Assembly (NCBI GenBank): GCA_963793425.1
Contig: CAWCAG010000009.1
Span: forward strand, 416,001 to 480,000
DNA: 64,000 nucleotides
Direction: 5' to 3'
From: an uncultured cyanobacterium
GTDB lineage: Bacteria; Cyanobacteriota; Cyanobacteriia; Cyanobacteriales; CAWCAG01
Below the pieces are notes generated by a model. That model saw only the letters and a list, made by a program, of their open reading frames with translations. It ran no database searches and was not told the origin of the DNA. This document shows, in pieces, positions 41,518 through 52,272 of the stretch. The position numbers were made by a program, and so were the translations under genes. Each line of letters starts with the position of its first letter. Within the stretch, counting starts at the first letter, position 1.

Positions 41518-41886
41518 TTACCACAAAGCTCTTACTGGTTGTTGCTCTACTACCACTGGTGAGGGTGCAACGGCGGGAGAAGGAGTGACTACAGGGGCAG
41601 GAGTAGCTACAGGTTCAGGATTAATTACAGGTTCAGGATTAACCACTGGATCTGTGGTGTTGGGTTGTTGGGCAACGGCTGCTGGATCTTCTGTGGTGTT
41701 AGGTTGTTGCTCTGTTGCTTCCGGAGACTGGTTGGCTTGCTCTGTAGATTCAACATTTTCATCAGGGGCAACTTGATTAGCGCTTCTATTAAAGCGATTG
41801 TTAGGGCGCAAAAATCCTAAAGCGGAGCCTACAACTATAGCCAAGGCTGACGCAATTAAGATAGCGCCAATTACTGTTTTGTTCAC
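41518..41886 (-). CDS. Membrane-anchored Pro/Gln-rich hypothetical protein
   Basis: N-terminal TM, internal repeats (QQPNTT, NPEPV), ends VRALW. Confidence 0.7.
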   Translation of the reverse strand: MNKTVIGAILIASALAIVVGSALGFLRPNNRFNRSANQVAPDENVESTEQANQSPEATEQQPNTTEDPAAVAQQPNTTDPVVNPEPVINPEPVATPAPVVTPSPAVAPSPVVVEQQPVRALW

Positions 41887-42017
41887 TGCTTGTTTCCTCT
41901 ATCCCTCTTTGATTTCTTTTTTCTTTCTTATTTTAACAATAACTCTTTTTTTCTTACTTATAGATTAACAAGCAGATAACTCTAAGCCAAGGAGAAACTT
42001 TTCTTGTTCTACTCCCT

Positions 42018-42467
42018 TTAGTGAGACAAATTCTGAGGTAAATATTTTTGTACAACACTCCATCCTGTCCAACTTACCCATAAAAAAGCCCAGAAGAGGG
42101 TAATGTTAGTGCTAATGTGGAGTGATCGCCCCCAAGATTTGCGGTTGATTTGAGTTGCGCTGCCTGCGGAGAGCAAAACTAAAGAAACTACTATCAGTCC
42201 CGCTACTAAATGCCAAGAATGCCCTAAGCTTCCATAGTGACCTATTGTTCCCACTAAACCGATCGCTAGTAGCAGTAGCACTAAAACGACCAGGATTGTC
42301 CCGGCAATGTAGTGAAAAGGGCGTAACCAAGAAGGACGAAGGCTTTTAGCTTTCCTACCATTAAAGAGCCAAAAGCCACTTATACCTAGTACTAAATAAG
42401 CTAAGACAGATAAACTCATTGACCAAGCTGCAATTTTCCAAAGCCAGAGAAAAGAAGGTAAATTCAA
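42018..42467 (-). CDS. DUF4079-like membrane protein
   Basis: Four TM segments with conserved-looking His residues (LRPFHY, GHSWH, RSLH); MNLPSFLWLWKIAAWSM start. Confidence 0.75.
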   Translation of the reverse strand: MNLPSFLWLWKIAAWSMSLSVLAYLVLGISGFWLFNGRKAKSLRPSWLRPFHYIAGTILVVLVLLLLAIGLVGTIGHYGSLGHSWHLVAGLIVVSLVLLSAGSATQINRKSWGRSLHISTNITLFWAFLWVSWTGWSVVQKYLPQNLSH

Positions 42468-42598
42468 TTTGTATCCCCCAATAATCTTGAAACTTCATTT
42501 TTACCTAGTTTATCCTTGCTTGTTATTAAAAAGGGTTGCCTCAAAAGACAACCCCTAACTATTAACTATTTTTGTTATTTATGTTGTTATCTAAAATA

Positions 42599-42982
42599 CT
42601 AAGCCTTAGCTGTAACTAAAGTTTCTGTGAATTGGTTTTGTTGCTTAAGATTGTTGGCTACAGGAGTTTTTTCCTCACTTTTTTCCTCGTTTAATTGAGA
42701 AGAATTGTCTTCATTATCCAATTCACCTTCATCTATACGCAAACGTTCACAAGGAATAGTATCAGAAAGAATAGCACTGGCCATCTTTCCGGAATGAATT
42801 TCCAATAAAGCTTGTGGCAAAGCTTCAAATACTAACCGTTGTCCAGGAAAAACCACTCGTTCAAAATACCAATTAGTAACGTTAGTAATCCTAGCTATTT
42901 GAATTTGACTAGTAGCATTGACATAGCAGCAAAGTACGCTGCTTGTCTCACTCTGAGGGAGGGAATCAAGAATCTGAGCCAT
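42599..42982 (-). CDS. DUF1830 domain protein
   Basis: CCYVNATSQIQIARITN..WYFERVVFPGQRLVFEA...LEIH...SDTIPC. Confidence 0.85.
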   Translation of the reverse strand: MAQILDSLPQSETSSVLCCYVNATSQIQIARITNVTNWYFERVVFPGQRLVFEALPQALLEIHSGKMASAILSDTIPCERLRIDEGELDNEDNSSQLNEEKSEEKTPVANNLKQQNQFTETLVTAKA

Positions 42983-43024
42983 AGCAATTGTTAAATTTTG
43001 TTTTTTATAAAGACTACACTTCCT

Positions 43025-43067
43025 AAGCTAACACTCACTGATCCCGACTGGCTGTAAATCCTAATAC
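43025..43067 (-). promoter_or_regulatory. Probable NtcA-activated promoter of the DUF1830 gene
   Basis: GTA-AATCCTAA-TAC at 43054-43067, then 23 nt, then minus-strand TAGCTT (TAN3T) at 43030-43025. Confidence 0.65.
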
Positions 43068-43483
43068 CAATCAGAATTTACCTACTATAACAAAAGTAGG
43101 TTGATCTGGTCTTATGTTTCGTTTTTGACTTCCCTTAAAGAAATTCCTACGGAAATAGGCTTCCTACATCCACAGGCTAACTTCAACTCAGCTTAGGGGC
43201 TTACTAGTAAAGCTTACTTGCTCTAAGAACAATTATTTTTGTTTTACTAAAATAATTAATTAGTTGATAGCCAGGGTTGATGGCGCTAAAGTTAAGTTAT
43301 GTGAAAAAGGCTCTCATATTTTTGCCTTTCTCTCAGGTAAGTTTCTACATACTCAGTTGCTATTAGCTTTGACAACATCCCTTCATAGCAATCCAAATCA
43401 AACTATATCATCCTTGAGAAAGATGTCATCTTAAGTTCTCTTAAAACTTCTTGATTTTAACCAACAAAACACTTTAAAAAATA

Positions 43484-45049
43484 ATGGAAAAAGGTATTTT
43501 GTATGTTCGCCTACCCTGTAACCCGATTTTCCCCATCGGAGTAGTGTATTTAGCTGACCATATACACAAACTCTTTCCAGGAGTAGAGCAGCGTATTTTC
43601 GACATGGGTACTGTGCCACCTTTGGATTTTGCGACATCCTTAGATCAATATATAGATGAGTTTCAACCGACTCTATTAGTTTTTTCTTGGCGCGATATCC
43701 AAATTTATGCACCTGTGGGGGGTAGGGGAGGAAACCCTTTACAAAATGCTTTCGAGTTTTACTACGCTAAAAACCCTTTCATTAAGCTGCGGGGGGCTTT
43801 AGGAGGGTTTAAGGTTGCTAGCGCCTATTACGGTGAATTGTGGCGTAACGAGGGCTTAATTAAGCGAGGTTTAAAAAGAGCAAGGAAACACAACCCCGCA
43901 GCCAAAGCGGTGGTTGGTGGCGGTGCGATTAGTGTTTTTTATGAACAAATGAAAAACCAACTACCGAAAGGAACTATTGTTTCTGTAGGAGAAGGGGAAA
44001 CTTTATTAGAAAAATTGCTGAGAGGGCAAGATATTCAGGGGGAAAGATGCTATGTTGTGGGGGAAACTCAACCCCGCGATCGCCTGATTCACGAATGGCC
44101 TGAACCCATTGAAAAATCTGCTTGCAACTACGACTACATAGCTAAGATTTGGCCAGAGTTTAGCTATTATCTCCAGGAAAATGACTTTTACATTGGGGTA
44201 CAAACCAAGCGCGGTTGTCCCCACAATTGCTGCTATTGTATTTATACAGTAGTGGAAGGGAAGCAGGTACGCATAAATCCTGCCGATGAAGTTGTCAAAG
44301 AAATGCGCCAACTTTACGACCGAGGCATTCGTAACTTCTGGTTCACTGATGCACAATTTATTCCGGCCCGCAAGTTTATTCCTGATGCTATTGAATTGTT
44401 AGAAAAAATTCTGGCTTCTGGGATGAATGATATTCATTGGGCTGCTTATATTCGCGCTGATAATCTTACCCCTGAGTTGTGCAAGTTAATGGTACAAACG
44501 GGGATGAATTATTTTGAAATTGGCATCACTAGTGGTTCCCAGGAATTGGTGAGAAAGATGCGAATGGGTTATAACCTACGTACTGTCCTGGAAAATTGCC
44601 GGGACTTGAAAGCAGCAGGTTTTAATGATCTAGTTTCTGTCAACTATTCTTTCAACGTTATTGATGAACGTCCTGAAACCATTCGCCAAACTATTGCCTA
44701 TCACCGAGAATTAGAAAATATCTTTGGGGTAGATAAAGTTGAACCAGCTATCTTCTTTATCGGGTTACAACCCCATACTCACCTAGAAGAATATGCCTTC
44801 AAAAATGACATCATCAAACCAGGCTATAATCCTATGAGTTTAATGCCCTGGACTGCCAAAAAATTGCTTTGGAACCCTGAACCTTTAGGCTCATTTTTTG
44901 GTGAAGTATGCCTCCAAGCTTGGCAACAAAAACCTGATGATTTTGGTCGGGAGGTGATGCAAATTCTTGAAGATAAGCTAGGTAAATCTGAGTTAGAAAC
45001 AGCTTTAAGTGCCCCGGTGAAAGTAGAAAAACAACTAGCAGGTGTTTGA
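43484..45049 (+). CDS. B12-binding radical SAM protein (photosystem II high-light acclimation type)
   Basis: PIFPIGVVYLAD, VGEGE, RGCPHNCCYC (CxxxCxxC). Confidence 0.88.
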   Translation: MEKGILYVRLPCNPIFPIGVVYLADHIHKLFPGVEQRIFDMGTVPPLDFATSLDQYIDEFQPTLLVFSWRDIQIYAPVGGRGGNPLQNAFEFYYAKNPFIKLRGALGGFKVASAYYGELWRNEGLIKRGLKRARKHNPAAKAVVGGGAISVFYEQMKNQLPKGTIVSVGEGETLLEKLLRGQDIQGERCYVVGETQPRDRLIHEWPEPIEKSACNYDYIAKIWPEFSYYLQENDFYIGVQTKRGCPHNCCYCIYTVVEGKQVRINPADEVVKEMRQLYDRGIRNFWFTDAQFIPARKFIPDAIELLEKILASGMNDIHWAAYIRADNLTPELCKLMVQTGMNYFEIGITSGSQELVRKMRMGYNLRTVLENCRDLKAAGFNDLVSVNYSFNVIDERPETIRQTIAYHRELENIFGVDKVEPAIFFIGLQPHTHLEEYAFKNDIIKPGYNPMSLMPWTAKKLLWNPEPLGSFFGEVCLQAWQQKPDDFGREVMQILEDKLGKSELETALSAPVKVEKQLAGV

Positions 45050-45133
45050 GCTGTGTCCTTTCTCCCTTAACCCTTCTTCGTCAATCAAAAATTGACACTA
45101 AGATATCAATCAACTAAATAAACATCAACCGAT

Positions 45134-46480
45134 ATGTTGCAAGGCTCAATATTAGAAAAATTAAAAACCGCCCATCACGGTGGTGAGAGACCCCTCAATC
45201 TAGGAGTTTATTACAAAAACACTCTAGTCGCTCTTTGTCACGCCTTAGAAGACTTTATTTTAGAGTCTGACAGTTCCCCGATTATGATTACTGCTTTCCA
45301 GCAGGGTAAATGGTATTTACAAGAGGCAGAACGTTACAGGGAGTTAGCGGATCAATCTTCTCAAGTTGTGATTATGGCAGCCCCTAATGCTGGTTTTGCC
45401 GACCATCCTACCAGTAAAAAAGATAATGTTAATTTAGTCAACCTGAACACTGATGATCCGGTGGCCCAAGAATGGCATTTAATGATTATGTCGCCCCAGT
45501 ATACAGCCATGGTTCTCTGTCAGGAACTATCGGAGGAAGACTATGGTGCTTCTAGACAGCCCAAGGAAGATTTGGAGCGCAAATTCTATGGTTTTTGGAC
45601 TTTTGAACCGGAATTAGTTAAGGAAACCATAGATATTTCCCTTGCTCATATTGACAAATATGACCACAAATTAGCAACTCAATTAACCGCAAAAGCAGAA
45701 GGGATCGCTGCGAAATTTGGTGAGGAACCCCATGATGATTTAGGAAAGGTGGTTTCTCGCGTAGTAACATATCTCCAAACTAGCCAAGAACAGCTTGAAG
45801 AACCCCTTTCACAAGCTGTTTCTGCGGATTTGGATACTAATCTCCTCTCCAACGAAATGCAAGCCTTCCTGCGTATGGCGCAATTAATTAATCCCTCTAA
45901 TCAACCCATAGCCGCAGCAGAAGTTTCAGCTTTAGCAGAAAATATGGGTCAAATGCTGGATTTACCTGCTTGGCAAATTAAACGTTTACGTTTAGCGGGT
46001 TTACTTCACGGTATTGTACCTGGTTTGATGACCAAAGTTGCTTCAGAAGATGAAGCTCCTAGCTGCCCTCTAGTGCCAGAAGTAGAGGCCTTACGGATTA
46101 TGCCCCAACTCCAAGCCGTAGCCCAAATTATCACCCATCAACACGAACGTTGGGATGGTGAAGGCGCTCCTGCGGGTTTGGCTTATGATAATATCCCCTT
46201 AGAATCAAGAATTTTGGCTTTAGTTAGGGAATTTCGTGACCAAATTGCTCAACTATCTCAACAAAAAGATAACCTTAGCCAAGAAGAAGCCTTATCCCAA
46301 GCTTTAGCCAATTGCCAAAGCAAGGCAGGAGAAGTTTTTGACCCTAAGCTAGTTGAAGGACTCTCTTTGTTAGTGATGGGAATGCAGCAAGGGATGAGTA
46401 TTCAAGCTAGTCAGCCCAAAATAGCTGCGGGTATGTGGTTATTAGATGCTGATGCAGCAGAGAAAATTCAATATGTTTAA
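45134..46480 (+). CDS. DICT sensory domain plus degenerate HD-GYP domain protein
   Basis: KNTLVALCHALED, AFQ, EWHL, FYGFWTF (DICT). LLHG in place of HD; HERWDGEGAP in place of GYP. Confidence 0.85.
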   Translation: MLQGSILEKLKTAHHGGERPLNLGVYYKNTLVALCHALEDFILESDSSPIMITAFQQGKWYLQEAERYRELADQSSQVVIMAAPNAGFADHPTSKKDNVNLVNLNTDDPVAQEWHLMIMSPQYTAMVLCQELSEEDYGASRQPKEDLERKFYGFWTFEPELVKETIDISLAHIDKYDHKLATQLTAKAEGIAAKFGEEPHDDLGKVVSRVVTYLQTSQEQLEEPLSQAVSADLDTNLLSNEMQAFLRMAQLINPSNQPIAAAEVSALAENMGQMLDLPAWQIKRLRLAGLLHGIVPGLMTKVASEDEAPSCPLVPEVEALRIMPQLQAVAQIITHQHERWDGEGAPAGLAYDNIPLESRILALVREFRDQIAQLSQQKDNLSQEEALSQALANCQSKAGEVFDPKLVEGLSLLVMGMQQGMSIQASQPKIAAGMWLLDADAAEKIQYV

Positions 46481-46504
46481 ATGGGGAGCAGGGCTTAGGT
46501 AACA

Positions 46505-47146
46505 ATGGGTATGACCAATATAGAAACAATTAAAGCTGGCAAAGAAAAACAGTTTCCGGGAATAGATTTAGAAGATGAGGATCTTTGCCAACATCATTTA
46601 GAAAAGGTTAACCTATCCGGAGCAAATTTAGTCGGTACAGATTTTTCTGGCTCCAACCTTAAAGGCGCTCGTTTTGATGGGGCGAATTTACTCGGTGCTA
46701 GATTAGTTGGAGCTGACTTACGAGCCAATTTACTTGGTAGTAATTTGATGCAAGCAGATTTGACTAGTGCTGATTTGCGGGGTAGCAATTTGCGAGGTGC
46801 TAACCTGATGGGAGCTAAATTAGTTAAAGCTTCCTTAGCTGGAGCCTTTTTGAGTGGAGCAAATTTAACTAGGGTTAATCTGCAAGGAGTTGATTTACGA
46901 GGAGCCGATTTAAGGGGTGCTAACCTTAACAGCGCTAACCTCAAAGGGGTTGACCTTAATCAAGCAGACTTACAAGGTGCTAGTTTAAGCGAAGCAAATT
47001 TAGAAGAAGCGGATTTGCGCGGAGCTAACCTTTCTGGGGCTAACCTTTCTGGGGCTAATTTGCTCTGTGCTGAATTAGAAGGGGCTGAATTGGCAGGGGC
47101 TAGTTTCGACCGTACTTGTTTGTTAGGAACAGCAATTAAGCATTGA
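46505..47146 (+). CDS. Pentapeptide repeat protein
   Basis: Continuous A(D/N)Lxx repeats. Confidence 0.95.
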   Translation: MGMTNIETIKAGKEKQFPGIDLEDEDLCQHHLEKVNLSGANLVGTDFSGSNLKGARFDGANLLGARLVGADLRANLLGSNLMQADLTSADLRGSNLRGANLMGAKLVKASLAGAFLSGANLTRVNLQGVDLRGADLRGANLNSANLKGVDLNQADLQGASLSEANLEEADLRGANLSGANLSGANLLCAELEGAELAGASFDRTCLLGTAIKH

Positions 47147-47477
47147 CATCCCCCCATCACCTCGTCTCGACGGGAAGAGGAATAGTTTTAGAACTATTCC
47201 TGAGTAAATTATCCAAATATATCCCCGATTAAGATCATGGTGCGATCGCTCAAAACAACAACTCAACTAAACGGTAATGCCTAGCTCCCCACCCTCGACA
47301 TTTAACCTCATCTAAGTTAAAGTTGTAATGAGTCTGAGTTACCTTTACACAAAGAAAATCGCCTCAATCTTTGGGAAGGTGAGTTTTTCGTATTCAGGCT
47401 AAAATGGAAGGTGTCAAGGTGCTTAAAATAATTACTACATCTGTAAACATAAAAAAATTAAGGCGGGAGCCTGGCCA

Positions 47478-47933
47478 ATGAATGCTGAAGGCGCACAACT
47501 AAAACCAATCAAATCCCTAGAAGATGCTTTTGAAAGGTGTCAGGATCTGGGTATGCGTCTGAGCCGCCAGCGTCGCTACATTCTAGAGCTGCTTTGGCAA
47601 GAACAAGAACACCTTTCTGCTAGGGCAATATATGATCGCTTAAATCAGCAAGGGAAAGATGTTGGTCATACTTCGGTATATCAAAATTTGGAAGCTTTAT
47701 CAAGCCAAGGAATTATTGAGTGTTTAGAGCGGTGTGATGGCCGGCTTTATGGTAACATCAGCGATGCCCACAGTCACGTTAACTGCTTGGATACCCAGCA
47801 AATTATTGATGTTTATGTAGAATTACCCCCAGATTTGTTGGCACAGATTGAGAAACAAACTGGAGTGAGTATATCTGAATATCGCATTGATTTTTATGGC
47901 TACCGCCGTTCCCAAGACAACACCTCTCAATAG
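47478..47933 (+). CDS. furC: Fur family regulator, FurC/PerR type
   Basis: SLEDAFERCQ.LGMRLSRQRR, EHLSA, GHTSVYQNLEAL, HSHVNCLDT match cyanobacterial FurC as recalled. Confidence 0.85.
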   Translation: MNAEGAQLKPIKSLEDAFERCQDLGMRLSRQRRYILELLWQEQEHLSARAIYDRLNQQGKDVGHTSVYQNLEALSSQGIIECLERCDGRLYGNISDAHSHVNCLDTQQIIDVYVELPPDLLAQIEKQTGVSISEYRIDFYGYRRSQDNTSQ

Positions 47934-47975
47934 GAAAGGCTAAACTGTCCAGTTATGGCACAATTAACTGGGTAG

Positions 47976-49703
<1,728 letters not shown>

Positions 49704-49823
49704 GTGCAGAAAATCTACTTTCCCCGTCTGATGATTCTGAAACTATCCGATTAAGAGTTCCCTTGATTTGCTCCGCCCTCTCCTTCCTCACCAACAACCT
49801 CTGCAACTAAACACCAATTTTGT

Positions 49824-50243
49824 ATGACATACTGGGTCAAAGTTGATTACGAGCGCAAAAAATTTGTTGTCGATCTAGAGCGTATCAGTTCTTTTATCTG
49901 CGCTCCTAACGGCAGAATAACTTTTTGGCTACCTGATAGTTCTATACCTGTAATTATTAATAAGAATACTCACGCAGATGATTATAATCAAGTAATTGAG
50001 TATATAAATCAGCTTTTTGGTTCTCCTTTTGGTGGGGCTTGGTTAAGGCTCTTTTATGAACGTAATGAATATGTAATTGATTTGAGTAAGATTAGCAGTT
50101 TTTGTTACTCGGAGCGGGGTAAAATCACTTTTTGGCTGCCGGATAGCGCCACGCCTATTGTGATTAGCAAGCAAAATGATCCTAGTGATTATCAAAAGTT
50201 GCTTGATTTTGTGAGTACGAAAACAGGTTATTCTTTACCTTAA
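49824..50243 (+). CDS. Hypothetical protein made of two tandem ~65-aa repeats
   Basis: YER...DL..ISSF...G.ITFWLPDS..P..I.K....DY occurs twice. Confidence 0.85.
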   Translation: MTYWVKVDYERKKFVVDLERISSFICAPNGRITFWLPDSSIPVIINKNTHADDYNQVIEYINQLFGSPFGGAWLRLFYERNEYVIDLSKISSFCYSERGKITFWLPDSATPIVISKQNDPSDYQKLLDFVSTKTGYSLP

Positions 50244-50280
50244 AGTTGCTAATTGCTAATAGTTTTATCCCTGTTATCTT

Positions 50281-50505
50281 ATGATGACTATATTAGATTT
50301 AAAACCATTAATTAGCTTAACTAAAGAAGATTTTTATCAACTTTGTCGAGCTAATCCAGAAGTACCATTAGAATTAAGTCGCAACGGAGAATTAATTATT
50401 ACGTCTCCAGTGGGAGGAGAAGTTGGTAACAAAGAAGCTGATTTAATTTTTCGTGTTGGTTTTTGGAATCGCCAGAGTAAGCTAGGGTTAGTGTTTAGTT
50501 CCTCA
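50281..50505 (+). pseudogene. Uma2 (DUF820) endonuclease-family N-terminal fragment
   Basis: EDFYQLCRANPE..LELSRNGELII.SPVGG..GN...WNRQSKLG.VFSSS; similarity stops before the catalytic PD motif. Confidence 0.85.
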
Positions 50506-50947
50506 GAGGTTCGCTATTACAATACTAACCTTACTGAAATGGTTAAAATATTAGGCAGAGACCTATTAATGTAGAGGCTAAAGCTATGTCAGGGGATAAT
50601 ATCAGGCAAAAGGCAATTTCGGTATTGGTAACATGAGTGGTGGTGAAATTAAGGATTCTAAAGTTGCTGGAGTTATTAATGAAGCTGAACAACAAAACCT
50701 AGCCCAAGCTGCGGCGGAAATACAGCGATTATTAGAGCAATTGGAAAACTCCTACTCCACAGAAACCACAGCAGGTAAAATGCAACTCGCGACTGAAGCG
50801 ATTACACAGATTGAAAATAATTCTACCCAGAAAGCTAAAGTTATCAGGAGTTTAAAAGCTGGGAGTGTTTCATCGTTTGAGCAGTTTCTTAATCATCCTG
50901 CTGCTAGTTTTGTTATCGCGACGTTAGAGGAATTTCCGAAGAAATGA
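50506..50947 (+). pseudogene. Frameshifted C-terminal fragment of a larger cyanobacterial protein (tail resembling those on pentapeptide-repeat/COR proteins)
   Basis: Across two frameshifts (~50556, ~50600) reads NTNLTEMVKIL/RPINVEAKAMSGDN/QAKGNFGIGNMSGGEIK...QQNLAQAAAEIQRLLEQL. Confidence 0.55.
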
Positions 50948-51446
50948 ATGCTGCCTGAATGCGACGAGGAGCAATTTTTATTGACTCCCCAGGTTCAGGC
51001 GATCGCGTCCTAATCCCTCGATAAAGTACTCTAAATTACAATAATATTTGAAATAGGAGAAGTTTTTAATATACAAGCTGTAGATAATACAATAACTCAA
51101 GTTGAATTTGCTAGTTCTCCAACAGTTTCAACTACCTTATTAGACTATGGCAAAAACTTAGAAAATGCTGAACGTCTCAAAAGTTATTTAACATCTTATC
51201 GATTAATAGACTGATTAATAATTAATATAGCAGTTCTCAATCACATGAGGTACACTAGCATTTTCTAATGCTCCCTACTCCCTCAAACCAAGGTCTTTTG
51301 TACCTAACTAGTACGAGAATTGCTATAATTAATTTACTTTTCGTCACAATTAAAAAAATCCTTGGTGAGAGAAGCTATGTTGAAGACAACACAAATCAAG
51401 TATTTTTTCTCCCAGCAATGAGTAAAATAGTAGCTTCCCCTGAAAT

Positions 51447-52197
51447 ATACAAATACTGCTAGTGGTGTAATTCGCCTCAAACCACAGCAGTTTATTCACG
51501 TTTTAGATAACAACACTGGGGTAACTCGCTTAGAAGTTGGCCCCCAGACAATTACTCTGCAAGATGCAGAAAGATTGGTACTCAAACCAACGCCGATGGT
51601 AGTTGTACCACCCCGTCATTATTGTCTCATTGCTAATCCAGTGTTGCAAAACGTAAGGCTTTACATTTACGGGCTAAACGCACATTCACCGATATTTTCA
51701 ACCGCCAACGTCGGGCTGGGGATGAGTGGCTGGTGACAATTGAAGATGCAGAAATTCATTTACCTGATGTTTATGAGGAGGTGGTGGGGGAAGTAGAAAT
51801 CACTACCCTTAGCGATCGCCTATTGATATTCAATCCGTTGAACCAGTAGATGAAGAGACTTTGAAGAGTTTACAAAAATCTGTGCAAATCGCTATTCAAA
51901 TTACTACCGATGCCCAAGAAGCAGCGGCAAGCCAAGAAGCAGAGTTAGCCCACAAAGAGGCATTGAATGAGTTGGAAGTTGCTAAAGCAGAAAAAATGTT
52001 GGAGATTACAGCCACAGAATATCAACGCAAGGTTAGAGACAATTAAGGCGATCGCACAAGCCGGACTAGAAATGCCAGCGAGGTTGTTGCAAGGTTTAAG
52101 GATTCAAAGTGTTTTGATTACTGATGGTAAGATTCCTCTTAATCTTTTTGGGGCCGCTAATGGTATGATTGGTTTCCCTGAAAGTCAAGATGAGTGA
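51447..52197 (+). pseudogene. Major vault protein (MVP) homolog, multiply deleted remnant
   Basis: 51449-51649: VIRLKPQQFIHVLDNNTGVTRLEVGPQTITLQDAERLVLKPTPMVVVPPRHYCLIANPV. 51652-51819: [55 protein letters not shown]. 51822-52034: [36 protein letters not shown]...LEVAKA. 52036-52197: [13 protein letters not shown]...LITDGKIPLNLF. All collinear with MVP as recalled. Confidence 0.9.
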
Positions 52198-52272
52198 TAC
52201 TTCTGGAAAGAGGTAAGGTAGTTTATCTAGCCTCAAATCTTCTAGCATTAAGGGTATTGCTAAAATAATAAA

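Noticed and set aside
43070..43483. Cobalamin riboswitch before the B12 radical SAM gene
   Set aside because: No B12-box or conserved core seen.
51861..52197. Track ORFs 51861-52046 and 51967-52197 as independent small genes or a toxin-antitoxin pair
   Set aside because: They are consecutive out-of-frame pieces of the MVP-like remnant.
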